Shown: positions 39,017-53,874, counted from the first letter of the stretch. The stretch: 64,000 nucleotides of DNA from Omnitrophica WOR_2 bacterium GWF2_43_52 (GCA_001805445.1 MHGF01000029.1:4270-68269), one strand, 5' to 3'. A program made the numbers and translations. The notes: generated by a model from the letters alone, not told the origin.

Positions 39017-39565
39017 GTGAAGGACGATGTGCTAGCAAAGAGATACGCCGATGCCTTTTTAAGCTATGCCTGCCAGGGCCTAAGTGAAGAAAAGGCGCTT
39101 GACGATTTTAAAAAGGCAAGGGAAATTCTCTTAGAGAATAAAGAGCTTATTCTTGATTTCTTGGAAGCTCCGGCAGTAACCGTGCTTGAGAAAAACGCCT
39201 TTATTGATAAGTTCTTTGGCGAGGGCTTCTCAGAAGAGTTCCGGCAGTTTTTAAAATTTCTTTTAAAGAAAAACAGGATCGACAAACTCTGGGATGTCGC
39301 GGAATATGTCAGGGTCGCCTATTCTCACGGCAAAAGCGTAAGGGCGCTGCTTAAGACGAGTTTTCCTTTAGATTTGGAATTGGTCCAGTTGATTATTGAC
39401 AGCCTGGAGAGAAAGTTCCAGAGAAAAATCAAACTGTATATAGAGCTTGACGGCGAGCTGTTAGGGGGAGTTAAGGTGGTCATAGGCAACAAGGTAATTG
39501 ATGGGTCCGTGAAAAGGCGTATTGAAAGGCTTAAAGAACGATTTGAAACACTAAGGACTGCGTAA
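39017..39565 (+). CDS. atpH: F1 delta
   Basis: AKRYADA, LLGG...VIDGSV. Confidence 0.92.
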   Translation: MKDDVLAKRYADAFLSYACQGLSEEKALDDFKKAREILLENKELILDFLEAPAVTVLEKNAFIDKFFGEGFSEEFRQFLKFLLKKNRIDKLWDVAEYVRVAYSHGKSVRALLKTSFPLDLELVQLIIDSLERKFQRKIKLYIELDGELLGGVKVVIGNKVIDGSVKRRIERLKERFETLRTA

Positions 39566-39566
39566 A

Positions 39567-41096
39567 ATGGCGATAAAACCGGAAGAAGTAACATCAATAC
39601 TCAAGAAAGAATTAGAAAAGTACCGTTCAAAGATTGAGGTGGAGTCGGTTGGTACCGTAATCCAGGTGGGAGATACTATTGCCCGCGTCTATGGCCTGGA
39701 TGATGTGATGATGGGTGAACTGGTGCAATTCCCCGGCGGGATTATGGGAATGGTGTTAAACTTGGAAGAAAATAGCGTGGGTGTGGTTATCTTCGGGACT
39801 GACAATGCTGATATGACTATCCGCGAGGGGGATATTGTCAAGCGCACAGGAAAAATTGTCCAGGTCCCTGTGGGTAATGCCCTGGTGGGACGGGTAGTAA
39901 ACGCGCTGGGAAGCCCGATTGACGGTAAAGGCGCCGTGGTTACGGATAAATATCGGCCTCTTGAAGCAGGCGCCCCTAATGTCATTGACCGTCAGCCGGT
40001 AAAAGAGCCGCTTGAAACCGGCATCAAGGCAATTGATTCAATGATTCCTATCGGTAGAGGGCAAAGAGAGTTGATTATCGGCGACCGCCAGACAGGAAAA
40101 ACCGCGATTGTTATTGATACTATCATCAATCAAAAAGGAAAAGGCGTTTACTGTATCTATGTGGCGATAGGCCAGAAGATGTCAAGTGTGGTGGCTATAC
40201 ATGAACTTCTGAAGACCTATGGGGCAATGGAATATACTACTATCGTCAGCGCCTCAAGCCGGGCATCAGCATCGTTACAGTATTTAGCGCCGTACGCTGG
40301 ATGCGCGATAGGCGAAGAGATGATGTATTCGGGAAAGCATGTGCTAGTGATTTATGATGACCTTTCTAAGCATGCCCAGAGCTATCGGCAGCTGTCGTTA
40401 CTTTTAAGGCGCCCACCGGGAAGAGAGGCATATCCCGGTGACGTGTTTTATCTGCATTCCCGCCTTTTAGAGAGGGCGGCAAAGCTCAAGGATTCCTTAG
40501 GCGGAGGCTCGCTTACCGCGTTACCTATAATTGAGACACAGGCCGGAGATATCACCAGCTATATCCCGACTAATGTTATTTCAATTACTGACGGCCAGAT
40601 TTACCTTGAGAATGACCTATTTTATTCAGGGGTGCGCCCGGCTATAAACGTGGGGCTATCCGTTTCAAGAGTCGGAGGCAAGGCCCAGATAAAGGCAATG
40701 CGCCAGGTGGCCGCGAAGCTGCGCCTTGACCTGGCCCAATACAGGGAATTGGCGGCGTTTGCCCAATTCGGAAGCGAATTGGATAAGACTACCCAGATGC
40801 AGCTGACCCGCGGGGAGAAGATGGTTGAAATACTCAAACAGGCGCAGTTTGTGCCGCTTCCGGTGGCAAGGCAGATTTTGATTATTTATTGCGGCACGCG
40901 CGGGTTTCTTGACGATTTGCCGATACACTTACTCAAGGATTTTGAGGCCAAAATCTTCGCGCATATCGAGAAGGAATATCCTGACCTTGAGTATGAGATT
41001 GAGAATAAAAAAGAATTAAGCCCTGATTTGATGAAAAAGCTTGATGAGATAATTGCTTCGTTCAAGCAGTATTTCAAAGGCACAGGCGCAAGCTAA
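39567..41096 (+). CDS. atpA: F1 alpha
   Basis: [29 protein letters not shown]. Confidence 0.98.
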   Translation: MAIKPEEVTSILKKELEKYRSKIEVESVGTVIQVGDTIARVYGLDDVMMGELVQFPGGIMGMVLNLEENSVGVVIFGTDNADMTIREGDIVKRTGKIVQVPVGNALVGRVVNALGSPIDGKGAVVTDKYRPLEAGAPNVIDRQPVKEPLETGIKAIDSMIPIGRGQRELIIGDRQTGKTAIVIDTIINQKGKGVYCIYVAIGQKMSSVVAIHELLKTYGAMEYTTIVSASSRASASLQYLAPYAGCAIGEEMMYSGKHVLVIYDDLSKHAQSYRQLSLLLRRPPGREAYPGDVFYLHSRLLERAAKLKDSLGGGSLTALPIIETQAGDITSYIPTNVISITDGQIYLENDLFYSGVRPAINVGLSVSRVGGKAQIKAMRQVAAKLRLDLAQYRELAAFAQFGSELDKTTQMQLTRGEKMVEILKQAQFVPLPVARQILIIYCGTRGFLDDLPIHLLKDFEAKIFAHIEKEYPDLEYEIENKKELSPDLMKKLDEIIASFKQYFKGTGAS

Positions 41097-41110
41097 CCGC
41101 ATTCAGTCGT

Positions 41111-43382
<2,272 letters not shown>

Positions 43383-43386
43383 GATA

Positions 43387-43644
43387 ATGGAAAAAGACTT
43401 TTTACTTACCATACTTTGCCCGGATAAAAAATTATACGAAGGGAGAATCAAGTCGTTAATAGTGCCTTCTGAATTAGGGTATCTTGGTGTCCTCGCTAAC
43501 CACGCCCCGCTTATCACTAACCTTGTTCCCGGAAAAATCACCATCCGCAATCCATCCGATGAGATAACCGTACTTCATGCTCACGGTAAAGGCTTCTTAG
43601 AAGTTTTTAAGAATAACGTCACCCTCCTCGTAAGCGCCGCCTGA
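43387..43644 (+). CDS. atpC: F1 epsilon, N-terminal domain only (85 aa)
   Basis: GYLGVLANHAPLI; ATG 43387; no C-terminal helices. Confidence 0.9.
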   Translation: MEKDFLLTILCPDKKLYEGRIKSLIVPSELGYLGVLANHAPLITNLVPGKITIRNPSDEITVLHAHGKGFLEVFKNNVTLLVSAA

Positions 43645-43713
43645 TGCGCTTAACCACGTTCATTTAATTATAATAGTCTAAAGAATTGACAGCGTCTCTG
43701 GACACTAAAAAAC

Positions 43714-43736
43714 AAAAAAGCCCTTTATCCAAGGGC
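43714..43736 (-). terminator. intrinsic terminator (stronger on - strand)
   Basis: GCCCTT-GGATA-AAGGGC-T6 on the minus strand. Confidence 0.6.
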
Positions 43737-43954
43737 CCTTTTGGAGGCTATAAACCTCTAGCGCTTGTCGCTATTTTTTTCCTCCTTTATTTATGAGTTC
43801 TTAGGGATTGTTGCTTTAGGGAGGCAGTTCCCCAAGACTTTTAGAAAACTTGTAACTAAAGTATGCCATAAGAAAACAAAAAAACAAGGGGTAAAAAGCC
43901 ATTTTTAGAAAGCGTTTTCTCGGTGTTTGAAATAATGAAAACTTGGATAAACGA

Positions 43955-44092
43955 ATTCAGGCGGATGGTTACGGATGTCGCGGATAAAAAAATCTGTTTG
44001 CATTCGTGTATTTAATCAATGCGCAAAAATCTATTCTGATTCATTGGTAAATAAAATATTACAAAAAGTGCTTACAACAAAATCGGGAAAGC
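43955..44092. repeat. inverted copy of the 26847-27006 repeat
   Basis: Reverse complement matches with an internal deletion. Confidence 0.85.
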
Positions 44093-44106
44093 TTCCTTGA
44101 TTTTGG

Positions 44107-44134
44107 TTGACAAGCTTACCTTTTATGCTATCCT
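44107..44134 (+). promoter_or_regulatory. pyrG promoter
   Basis: TTGACA-N16-TATCCT with TG. Confidence 0.65.
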
Positions 44135-44206
44135 AAAATAAATAGATTTATAAAATAACGCTGCGGTAATGATAAGAATTAATTTCATAACAGGAAGGCG
44201 CGCTGA

Positions 44207-45844
<1,638 letters not shown>

Positions 45845-46168
45845 TCGCGAATTTTCTATCTTCTTTCTCCGTTATTGTTATCCTGCCTAGTTAAGATCTC
45901 CCTCCTCGCTTGCCTGCCGGCAGGTAAGCCGAGGCAAAATCTCTAATCCAGAGGAATATATTTTTCTCTCCATTAAAAGAAAGGTTTTCGATAATTTTTG
46001 CCTCAGTCGGCCGGATAATTAAGTTATTGCCTTATTAAAGAAAACGCTTTCCCGAAACCCCTGTTTTAGCCTTGTAATCCTAAGAATCGAGGGTATACTT
46101 TAATTACCAATTGAAAACTCAAAAAAGTTTATGTTTTCCTCTAAAACAATTTTTAGGAGATATGGCCA

Positions 46169-48610
46169 ATGCTAAAAAAGACGATAGCCGTTTTTTTATC
46201 TTTTAACTTCCTCTTCACCCAATGCCTTTTTGCCCAAGGCGTAGCCCAACTTAATATAGGAAGCTACCTGCGTACTGCAACGAGCAGTATGGCAGTGGAT
46301 AAATTCCGCCCTGTGCATATGCGTTATTTCTCCTATGATATAGCAACGGATAAGTTTGAAATGCTTTTGGATAAGGGAGACAATAAGGATATAAAGGAAG
46401 ATGAGCTTAAGGATAAGTCTAAAGCATTGATGGAGTATTTTCAGATTGGATTATCTTTGCCTAACGATAAGTTTTGGGTGAACTTGAGGCCGGATGCGGA
46501 AGACCAGATAATTGATCCGGAACTGGAAAAGACTGATGTGGGCAAGATTATGCTTGAGGCTGACCTGCAGTTAAAGAAAGACACCGCAAGTTTTACTTCG
46601 CCTCAAACTCCGGAAGGAAAAGAATATTGGGATAAGTTGTATAAAAAAGCAGGTGAGCTCTTCGGAACAGAAAATATCACTATCCCCACTATAACCCGTC
46701 CCTGGATAGTCCCGGGGGAGATAATTATAAGAGAAGGGGAAGATTCTGGTTCGACTTCGCTCACCACAAGCGCCTATATCTACAAGGCGAATATGAAGGT
46801 GATGTTAGAGCAGGATCACCTTCAGGGGACAGGGGGAAGAGTTCAGGGGATAGATTACAGTTTTAAGGACCCACGAATGAAGGAATTGAATGAATATTCC
46901 TCACAGTTAATCCGGGAACTGATTATCCCTAAGCTGACCAAAGAGGTAAATATCTCCAAAAGATACGCCGCTCTTCGGCAGGTATTCTTTTCCTTGGTAA
47001 TGGCTCGCTGGTTTAAGGATAATTTCACCGGAAAACCCGGCACCTACGCCAGCCTGATTGACAGCCATAACCTTAATGATATTAGCTCTCAAGAACCCTG
47101 GTCAAAGACTGTTTATTTCAACCAATACAAGGAGTCTTTTGCCAAGGGCGAATATAACCTCAAAGAGCAGGTAGCCACTCCCTATGGACAGACGATTCGA
47201 AGTTATGTGAGCGGGGGAGTTGTGATGAATTTCGCTAAGAACATATACGAAGGAGGTAAGAAATTATTCTTGCCTGTTTTGTTTGCAGGAGTCTCAAATT
47301 TATCTCTTTTTGCTGGTAATGGTGATACGGGAGCAATGAGAAAGGTGGGGGCTGAAGAATATTCTGTAAGGCAAGAGAAGGCATTAACAGTGGCTAATTA
47401 TCTTAGAGCAAAGAAAGAAACGCAGGATAATATTAGAGCATTTACGCGCGATCTCGAAAAAAAATTTCCTCTTAGCCCCCAGATTATTAGGAAAATCCAA
47501 GAATATATTATTGGTTTTTCTTCAAAAGTTCTCAGTTTAAGTCCTCAAGACTCGAGAGAGAAAAGAATAGGAGATATCCTAAAAGATATAAGAGAAGAAT
47601 TCGGACAAGATTATCCAATTACAGGTATGAATGAATCTCTGGAAGGAATACTCAATCCGCTAGATACACTTGCAAATGAAAATAACTCTATAGAGCTTAA
47701 TGAGGCAATAAGATTAGCGATAAGACAAGCTACGTTAGATTTAAGGTCATCAATTGAACGAAGTCTTAAGGAGAGAACAGGCTCTTCGCCTCTTGCGGAG
47801 AAAGAAAAGATATCGAGGCAAATTTGGCTGGCTATGGCTGATTTGAAAAAGCTGCTTAATGATTTGGATGGAAAGATTACGCCTGAGGATATGAAGCCAG
47901 CCCAGGTACCTTTTGGTCCGGAGGTGCCAACGGTAAGATCTCCTGAGAGGGCTGTAAATATATTGCTTAATCTTATAGCGGATTATTTAAAAGATATGAA
48001 TAGTATTCCATCAGGCCTGGATACTTTCATAAGGATAATGGAAAACTATCGTGATAAGGACTTAAAAGAGGTTTTAGAAAAATATAAGTTTGTGGATAAG
48101 CTTAATCAAATTATTGAGAAGCTTAGCCCTAAGCAAAAAGATGCGGTTTCTCCGGAGGTGAGCATAGAAGCAACTCGGGAGAAGCAGGCAGCAAGCCCTC
48201 TTGCAGGTAGTGAGCCCTCTAGAGATACCTTAGGCGGTATTGACTTTCGTGCCATGAATTACCTCACGCAGCCGATGGGTAGTTTTCAGGGGCTTAATTT
48301 TACCCTGCCTCTGCTTAGCAGCAGCGCTCTTGAGGCAATAGACTTGGATGAAGAATTAGACCAGATAACGAATATGGCCATGCAGGGGATAATTCCTTCC
48401 GGCCAAAGGATAAAGGAGTATTTGGCTGCTTGCTTCCAGAAAGGCAAGATTGAGGATAAACAGGAATACTTGCTCTTATGCTTAGTTGAGGTCTGCCGCC
48501 TGCTTGAGGATGAGAATATGGAGAGCGCACCTGAGCTTCGGGAAGCCATAGTCATTGCCGATTCAGGGAGGTTTGTCTTGCAAGCAAAAGAGAATATTTC
48601 GCTGAATTAG
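46169..48610 (+). CDS. 813 aa secreted paralog of the giant protein
   Basis: Signal peptide; shared RPVH[ML]RYFSYD, FWVNLRPDA, LEADLQLKKDTASFTSPQTPEGK, GGID; ends in SLN. Confidence 0.9.
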   Translation: MLKKTIAVFLSFNFLFTQCLFAQGVAQLNIGSYLRTATSSMAVDKFRPVHMRYFSYDIATDKFEMLLDKGDNKDIKEDELKDKSKALMEYFQIGLSLPNDKFWVNLRPDAEDQIIDPELEKTDVGKIMLEADLQLKKDTASFTSPQTPEGKEYWDKLYKKAGELFGTENITIPTITRPWIVPGEIIIREGEDSGSTSLTTSAYIYKANMKVMLEQDHLQGTGGRVQGIDYSFKDPRMKELNEYSSQLIRELIIPKLTKEVNISKRYAALRQVFFSLVMARWFKDNFTGKPGTYASLIDSHNLNDISSQEPWSKTVYFNQYKESFAKGEYNLKEQVATPYGQTIRSYVSGGVVMNFAKNIYEGGKKLFLPVLFAGVSNLSLFAGNGDTGAMRKVGAEEYSVRQEKALTVANYLRAKKETQDNIRAFTRDLEKKFPLSPQIIRKIQEYIIGFSSKVLSLSPQDSREKRIGDILKDIREEFGQDYPITGMNESLEGILNPLDTLANENNSIELNEAIRLAIRQATLDLRSSIERSLKERTGSSPLAEKEKISRQIWLAMADLKKLLNDLDGKITPEDMKPAQVPFGPEVPTVRSPERAVNILLNLIADYLKDMNSIPSGLDTFIRIMENYRDKDLKEVLEKYKFVDKLNQIIEKLSPKQKDAVSPEVSIEATREKQAASPLAGSEPSRDTLGGIDFRAMNYLTQPMGSFQGLNFTLPLLSSSALEAIDLDEELDQITNMAMQGIIPSGQRIKEYLAACFQKGKIEDKQEYLLLCLVEVCRLLEDENMESAPELREAIVIADSGRFVLQAKENISLN

Positions 48611-48667
48611 TGGTGCGGTTTTAAAAAGGTTGATTATCATTATGGGTATGTTATAATTAATCCCATA

Positions 48668-49057
48668 ATGAACAGAAAGGCCAAAACCTGGCTGGAATTA
48701 GCCGAGAATGATTTAGAGCTGGCTAAAGAGCTTTTAAAGCGTAACGGAAAAGTTTATTATTCCGCGCATTTTTGCCATTAGGCAATTGAGAAGCTGCTAA
48801 AAGCGATAATATCCCATCGCACTGAGAAAATCCCTCTACCTACCCATAATTTTAAAATCTTGCTTGATCAAGCTGAGCTAAAAGATATTCCTGAAGACAG
48901 AAAGAAATTCCTGTTTGGCTTAATGCCGCATTATATCGGAACAAGATATCCTGAGGATATCGCTAAACTTTATAAGCAATATACGAAAGCTTTTGCGATG
49001 AGATTATATAAAGAAACTTACGAGGTTTTTAAATGGTTAGAAGCTTATCTGAAATAA
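48668..49057 (+). pseudogene. HEPN-domain protein with in-frame nonsense codon
   Basis: MNRKAKTWLELAENDL...FCH*AIEKLLKA...YIGTRYP; TAG at 48779-48781 where Gln is typical. Confidence 0.85.
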
Positions 49058-49362
49058 AAAAGATAGTTAATGCCTATAAAGGCGAATTGAGGCGCCATAA
49101 TATCCGCATTACCAAAACCATCCTTTACGGCTCTTACGCCAGGGGAAATCCTAAACCTTATAGCGATATAGATTTGGTAGTAATTTCTCCGGATTTAGCA
49201 AAATTCCCTCCTTTAAAAAGGCAGGAATTGCTTGCCCGCTTCACTATGGATATTGACGCTCCCCTTGAGGTAATAGGGTATACTCCCAAGGAATTAAGGA
49301 ATTCTAATAATACCATTTTCGGGCAGATAATCCGCGAAACCGGGAAGGTTTTGCCTGCTTGA
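49033..49362 (+). CDS. minimal nucleotidyltransferase (MNT)
   Basis: LYGSYARG...SDIDLVVIS; paired with HEPN. Confidence 0.9.
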   Translation: MVRSLSEIKKIVNAYKGELRRHNIRITKTILYGSYARGNPKPYSDIDLVVISPDLAKFPPLKRQELLARFTMDIDAPLEVIGYTPKELRNSNNTIFGQIIRETGKVLPA

Positions 49363-49451
49363 GGCCTGCCGCCAGTCATTGCTGATTCCGTAAGGGTTGT
49401 CCTGCAAACAGAAGATCCTTCAGAATTAAAAGCTTGTTTTAATTCTGAAGG

Positions 49452-50684
49452 CTAAGCCTCGTTACGAGGCTTAGCCTTGACAAAATCCAATATGCTTTTG
49501 GCGGCGCGAAGGGGGGCGCCTGGCTCGCCTAAATTTTCCCTCAAGGCAGTGAACTCTCTCTTTAGCTCATCTAATCGTTGTGTATCGCTCAATATTTCTA
49601 AAACTTTTTTAGCTATTGCCTCTGGTTTTGCCTTGAATTGAATGAATTCAGGGGCTATGCATTTTCCTGCCACGATATTTTCCATTCCAATGTAAGGTAC
49701 CCTTACTAGCGGCCGGTAGAGCATATAATTTAACGCTGACATTTTATAGATAACCACATTCGGTTTTTCCATTATGGCAGTCTCAAGGGTCGCTGTTCCA
49801 GAACTCACCAGGACAAAATCCGCCACATTGAGGCAGTCATACTGTTTTCCTTCAATAATCTTGATTTCTAAATTGAGATTGCTTCGTCCTGCTTCGGCTT
49901 CGCCTCGCAGTCCTGGCAATGACGACTGAATAATTTTCTCGTATAGAGTAGTGTCGAGGGATGAGGGTTTAGAAATAATAAACTGGGCGTTAGGTATTTT
50001 TTCTTTGATCAGCCGCGCGCTTTGGAGCATAATGGGTAAGATATTGTTTATTTCCGAGGCCCGCGAACCCGGTAAAAGCGCGAAAACAGGGCAGTTTTCT
50101 TTTAAGCCAAACGCCTGTAATGCCTCTTGCCGGCTAAGGGTTGGTTTTACGATATCTAAAAGCGGATGGCCCACAAACTCCGCGTCTATCCCGAATCTCC
50201 GGTAAAACTCCCGCTCAAATTTAAAGATAACAATCATCTTGTCAATACATTCTTTAATGGTTTTTACCCTGCCCTGCCGGGAAGCCCAGACTTGAGGGCT
50301 GATGTAGTAGATGGTTTTGGTGAGGGTATGTATCCTTTTGGCAAGCCTAAGGTTAAAACCAGAAAAATCCACGAAGATTACCGCATCAGGCTTAAGCTCT
50401 TCAATCTTATCCAAGACCAAGCGCATCAATTTTTTGAACTTATCGAGATTCTTTAGAACGTCAAAAAAGCCTAAGACGCTTAAATCCTTGATATCGTGAA
50501 TAATTTCCGCCCCCGCGGCCTTGAGGCGTTCACCGCCAACAGCAAAAACCTCTAAAGTGGTATCTAATGCCTTTAATTGGGAAACAAGCAGTCCAGCCTG
50601 AAGGTCTCCTGATGGCTCTCCTGTAACTATGAGAACCTTTTTCATACCCCTGGCGTGTGTAAGGGGTTCTATCGGTGTTTCCAT
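49452..50684 (-). CDS. lpxB: lipid-A-disaccharide synthase
   Basis: GEPSGD, SPQVWASR, FVGHPL, LLPGSR, SGTATLE. Confidence 0.95.
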   Translation of the reverse strand: METPIEPLTHARGMKKVLIVTGEPSGDLQAGLLVSQLKALDTTLEVFAVGGERLKAAGAEIIHDIKDLSVLGFFDVLKNLDKFKKLMRLVLDKIEELKPDAVIFVDFSGFNLRLAKRIHTLTKTIYYISPQVWASRQGRVKTIKECIDKMIVIFKFEREFYRRFGIDAEFVGHPLLDIVKPTLSRQEALQAFGLKENCPVFALLPGSRASEINNILPIMLQSARLIKEKIPNAQFIISKPSSLDTTLYEKIIQSSLPGLRGEAEAGRSNLNLEIKIIEGKQYDCLNVADFVLVSSGTATLETAIMEKPNVVIYKMSALNYMLYRPLVRVPYIGMENIVAGKCIAPEFIQFKAKPEAIAKKVLEILSDTQRLDELKREFTALRENLGEPGAPLRAAKSILDFVKAKPRNEA

Positions 50685-51634
50685 ATTAAATTTTGGATAT
50701 GGAGGGCTACTTGAAGCGCCTGGCGGCCTTCAAGGCCAGAGACCAAGGGTTTTTGTTTGTGGGCTACACATTCAAGGAAAGAGGAAAGTTCTTTTTTGAG
50801 GGGTTCTTCTTTTTTTATCCAGATGGATTCCTTGGTTATTTTCTGGCTTGGGCTAGAGGAAGCCCAACCATTGCCCTCTGGCTGATCGCCGTCTTTGCGG
50901 TAAATGACAGCTTCTTCGTTCTTATAATCTAATGAAATATAAGTATTGTTTAGGAAAATGCGGATTTTACGTATGGATTCATCAGAGATACGGCTGGCGG
51001 TAAGATTGGTGACGCATCCATTTTTGAAAGTAATTCTCGCGTTGGCAATATCTTCATGTTTGGTAAGTACAGGGATGCCAACTGCTTCTATACGTTTAAT
51101 CGGAGAATGTACTATCCCCAAAACAATGTCAATATCATGGATCATCAGGTCCAGCACCACTCCGATATCAAGGGAACGCCCGGGAAAACCGCTTAAACGG
51201 TGGACTTCGATAAATTTTGGTTCTTTACAGATATGGGTGATCGCGGAGAACGCGGAATTAAACCTTTCGATATGCCCAACCTGCACGGTCAATTTCTTTT
51301 TTTTGGCGAGCTTAAGCAGGCTGTCTGCATCTTTGAGGCTGGTAGTGAATGGTTTTTCTACCAGGACATTGATTCCGGAAAGCAGAAATTCTCTGGCGAT
51401 TGCGTAGTGGCTCACGGTGGGGGTGGCAATGCTTACTGCCTGCACGCGGGAGAAAAGGCCTTTATAGTCAAAAAATGCCTTGGTTTGGAGGGATTCCGCG
51501 ATGCTGAGCGCCTTGGAGTGCTCAGTGTCGCAGACTCCGATGAGGTTTGCCTGAGGCAATTCGCTGTATACGCGCGCGTGGGCTGAACCCAGCCGCCCTA
51601 CGCCAATGACTGCTACGTTGATTTTGGTAGACAT
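50669..51634 (-). CDS. Gfo/Idh/MocA oxidoreductase (GnnA-like)
   Basis: GVGRLG, VEKP, GHIERFN, DLMIHDID; adjacent to lpxB. Confidence 0.85.
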   Translation of the reverse strand: MSTKINVAVIGVGRLGSAHARVYSELPQANLIGVCDTEHSKALSIAESLQTKAFFDYKGLFSRVQAVSIATPTVSHYAIAREFLLSGINVLVEKPFTTSLKDADSLLKLAKKKKLTVQVGHIERFNSAFSAITHICKEPKFIEVHRLSGFPGRSLDIGVVLDLMIHDIDIVLGIVHSPIKRIEAVGIPVLTKHEDIANARITFKNGCVTNLTASRISDESIRKIRIFLNNTYISLDYKNEEAVIYRKDGDQPEGNGWASSSPSQKITKESIWIKKEEPLKKELSSFLECVAHKQKPLVSGLEGRQALQVALHIQNLIWKHR

Positions 51635-51711
51635 TAAACCTAATCATAACAAATAGCTTGTGAAAAGTCAATAAGTTTGGTATACTTAAATTTCACTGAA
51701 AACTCTTTTAA

Positions 51712-51802
51712 ACACGAATTCTCACGAATTGCACACAAATTGACACAAATATAGTCTTGAAATCATTCGTGCGTATTCGTGTGTAATTCGTGTCTATTCG
51801 TG
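51712..51802. repeat. CACGAAT tandem/inverted hairpin element
   Basis: four CACG/AAAT units then four ATTCGTG units. Confidence 0.85.
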
Positions 51803-51833
51803 CCTAATATTTCTTAAAACTATATAATTTTCT

Positions 51834-53627
51834 ATGAAAGAATATCGCAGGTTTATCCGGTTTCTAAAACCGCATTCAGGGATTTTAGGCTTGGCAGCGG
51901 TGTTTATGGCTATTTCCAGCCTTTTTGACTGGGTTTCCATTGCCATGCTTGTACCGGTTACCGATAAAGTCTTTAATAACGGTAAGATTGTCTTTCCTGT
52001 TAAACTGCCTGAGGCCGTTGAAGGCTTTGTGGGGAGGATTAACAATATCTCGCAGATAGACTTACTGCATATGCTTATTCTTTTTATTCCTCTTCTTTTC
52101 CTCTTAAAAGGGCTAACCAATTTCCTTTATTCATACTATATGTCTGATATAGGCCAGCTCTGCGTGCGGGATATCCGCAGCCGTTTGTATGAGAAGCTTC
52201 AGAGCTTATCTTTGGAGTATTTTACTAAAAAACGGGCTGGTGAGCTTGTTTCGCGGATTACCAACGATGTGAAACTGGTAGAGAATGCCCTTTCCTATGG
52301 CACTACGGATTTGGTCTACCAGTCATTTTTGATTATCATTTTTGCCTTTACCATATTTTTTATCCATTGGAAATTAGCCCTTCTTTCCTTACTGTTGATT
52401 CCTTTTATCGCTCTTCCTATTACTAAAGTAGGCAGAAAGCTGCGCAAGATCTCCCGTTTTTCCCAGGAAAAGATGGCGGATACTAATTCGCTTTTGGTAG
52501 AGACGATAAGCGGGGTGAGGATTGTGAAGGCTTTTTGTATGGAACCGTATGAAATAGCCAAGTTCAAGAAGCAAAATCACGAGTATTATAAATTGTCCAT
52601 GAAGTCAATAAAGCGTTCGCTGCTCTTAGGCCCGCTCACAGAACTTATCGGAGTTTTCTTCGGGATTTTTATCCTTTCATGGGTGGGTAAAGATGTGATT
52701 TCCGGGAAGCTTTCGTTCGGGGTATTCGGGCTTTATTTAGGCTCGCTTTTTTCCTTGATCCGTCCGCTTAAAAAACTCAGCCAGGTGAATTCTATCAATC
52801 AGCAGGCGCTTGCCGCAAATAGCCGTATTTATGAAGTGCTTGACGCCCCGATAGCCGTTAGGGAGGCGCCGAATGCCTTTGATTTAAGCAGGGTTTCTCA
52901 GCAGATAGAGTTTAAGGATGTTTCTTTTAGATACGAAGAGGCGCAGGTATTAAAACATATCAGTTTTTCGGTTAAAGTGGGGGAAGCGATTGCTATTGCT
53001 GGCCCCAGCGGCGTGGGTAAAAGCACGTTGCTTGATCTGCTGCCCCGTTTTTATGACCCTCAGGAAGGCGTGATTTTAATTGACGGGATTAATAGTAAAA
53101 CTATTTCCCTGAAATCGTTGCGAAATCAGATCGGCATAGTGACGCAGGAGGTTGTGTTATTCAATGATACCGTAAAGGCGAATATCAGCTATGGCCACTT
53201 GGATGTTGATGAGAAGAAAATAGTTGAGGCTTCTCGTATTGCCAATGCCCATGATTTTATTATAAAGCTTCCGGATGGATACGATACGTTTGTGGGAGAC
53301 AGAGGGGTGAAGCTTTCCGGAGGAGAGCGCCAGAGGCTTGCCATTGCCAGGGCATTATTCAAGAATCCTCCGATTCTTTTATTGGATGAAGCAACCAGCC
53401 AGTTAGACAGCGAGTCGGAGCGTTTGGTCCAGGAGGCGCTTAATCAACTGATGCGGGGAAGGACCGTGTTTATGGTAGCCCATAGGCTTTCTACGCTTAA
53501 GAACGCGTCGCAGATTATTGTTTTGGATAAGGGGGCTATTGTGCAGTCGGGCACCCATCAGGATTTACTTGAAAAAGAAGGCCTGTACCGCAGGCTCTGG
53601 GATATGCAAAATTTTAGTAAAATTTGA
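51834..53627 (+). CDS. msbA: MsbA-like ABC exporter
   Basis: TM domain, GPSGVGKS, LSGGERQR, DEATS; divergent from lpxB. Confidence 0.8.
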   Translation: MKEYRRFIRFLKPHSGILGLAAVFMAISSLFDWVSIAMLVPVTDKVFNNGKIVFPVKLPEAVEGFVGRINNISQIDLLHMLILFIPLLFLLKGLTNFLYSYYMSDIGQLCVRDIRSRLYEKLQSLSLEYFTKKRAGELVSRITNDVKLVENALSYGTTDLVYQSFLIIIFAFTIFFIHWKLALLSLLLIPFIALPITKVGRKLRKISRFSQEKMADTNSLLVETISGVRIVKAFCMEPYEIAKFKKQNHEYYKLSMKSIKRSLLLGPLTELIGVFFGIFILSWVGKDVISGKLSFGVFGLYLGSLFSLIRPLKKLSQVNSINQQALAANSRIYEVLDAPIAVREAPNAFDLSRVSQQIEFKDVSFRYEEAQVLKHISFSVKVGEAIAIAGPSGVGKSTLLDLLPRFYDPQEGVILIDGINSKTISLKSLRNQIGIVTQEVVLFNDTVKANISYGHLDVDEKKIVEASRIANAHDFIIKLPDGYDTFVGDRGVKLSGGERQRLAIARALFKNPPILLLDEATSQLDSESERLVQEALNQLMRGRTVFMVAHRLSTLKNASQIIVLDKGAIVQSGTHQDLLEKEGLYRRLWDMQNFSKI

Positions 53628-53628
53628 G

Positions 53629-53656
53629 TTGCCATATTGCTTTTTTATGGTATAAT
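53629..53656 (+). promoter_or_regulatory. rpsB promoter
   Basis: TTGCCA-N16-TATAAT with TG. Confidence 0.7.
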
Positions 53657-53874
53657 TTTTTTTTACCTGTAGAGTGTTTAGTTTTTTGATGATGAGTAGT
53701 AATTAATAACATAATACCCTGACAGTTGAGATGCTGTAGCGATCCATTCCTTTGGCTATTACTAGGAATTATGTACGGTAATAGCAGATAAAAAGGTTTG
53801 GCAGTGGGTTTTTAACCTCTATTAGATATTAGAAGTTTTTCTAAAGAGCGTGGCATTAAAGGAGGAGAATACAA

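Noticed and set aside
48779-48781. TAG recoding or readthrough
   Set aside because: Many intact genes here (phoU, amt, glnA, pyrG) end in TAG; a C-to-T change explains it.
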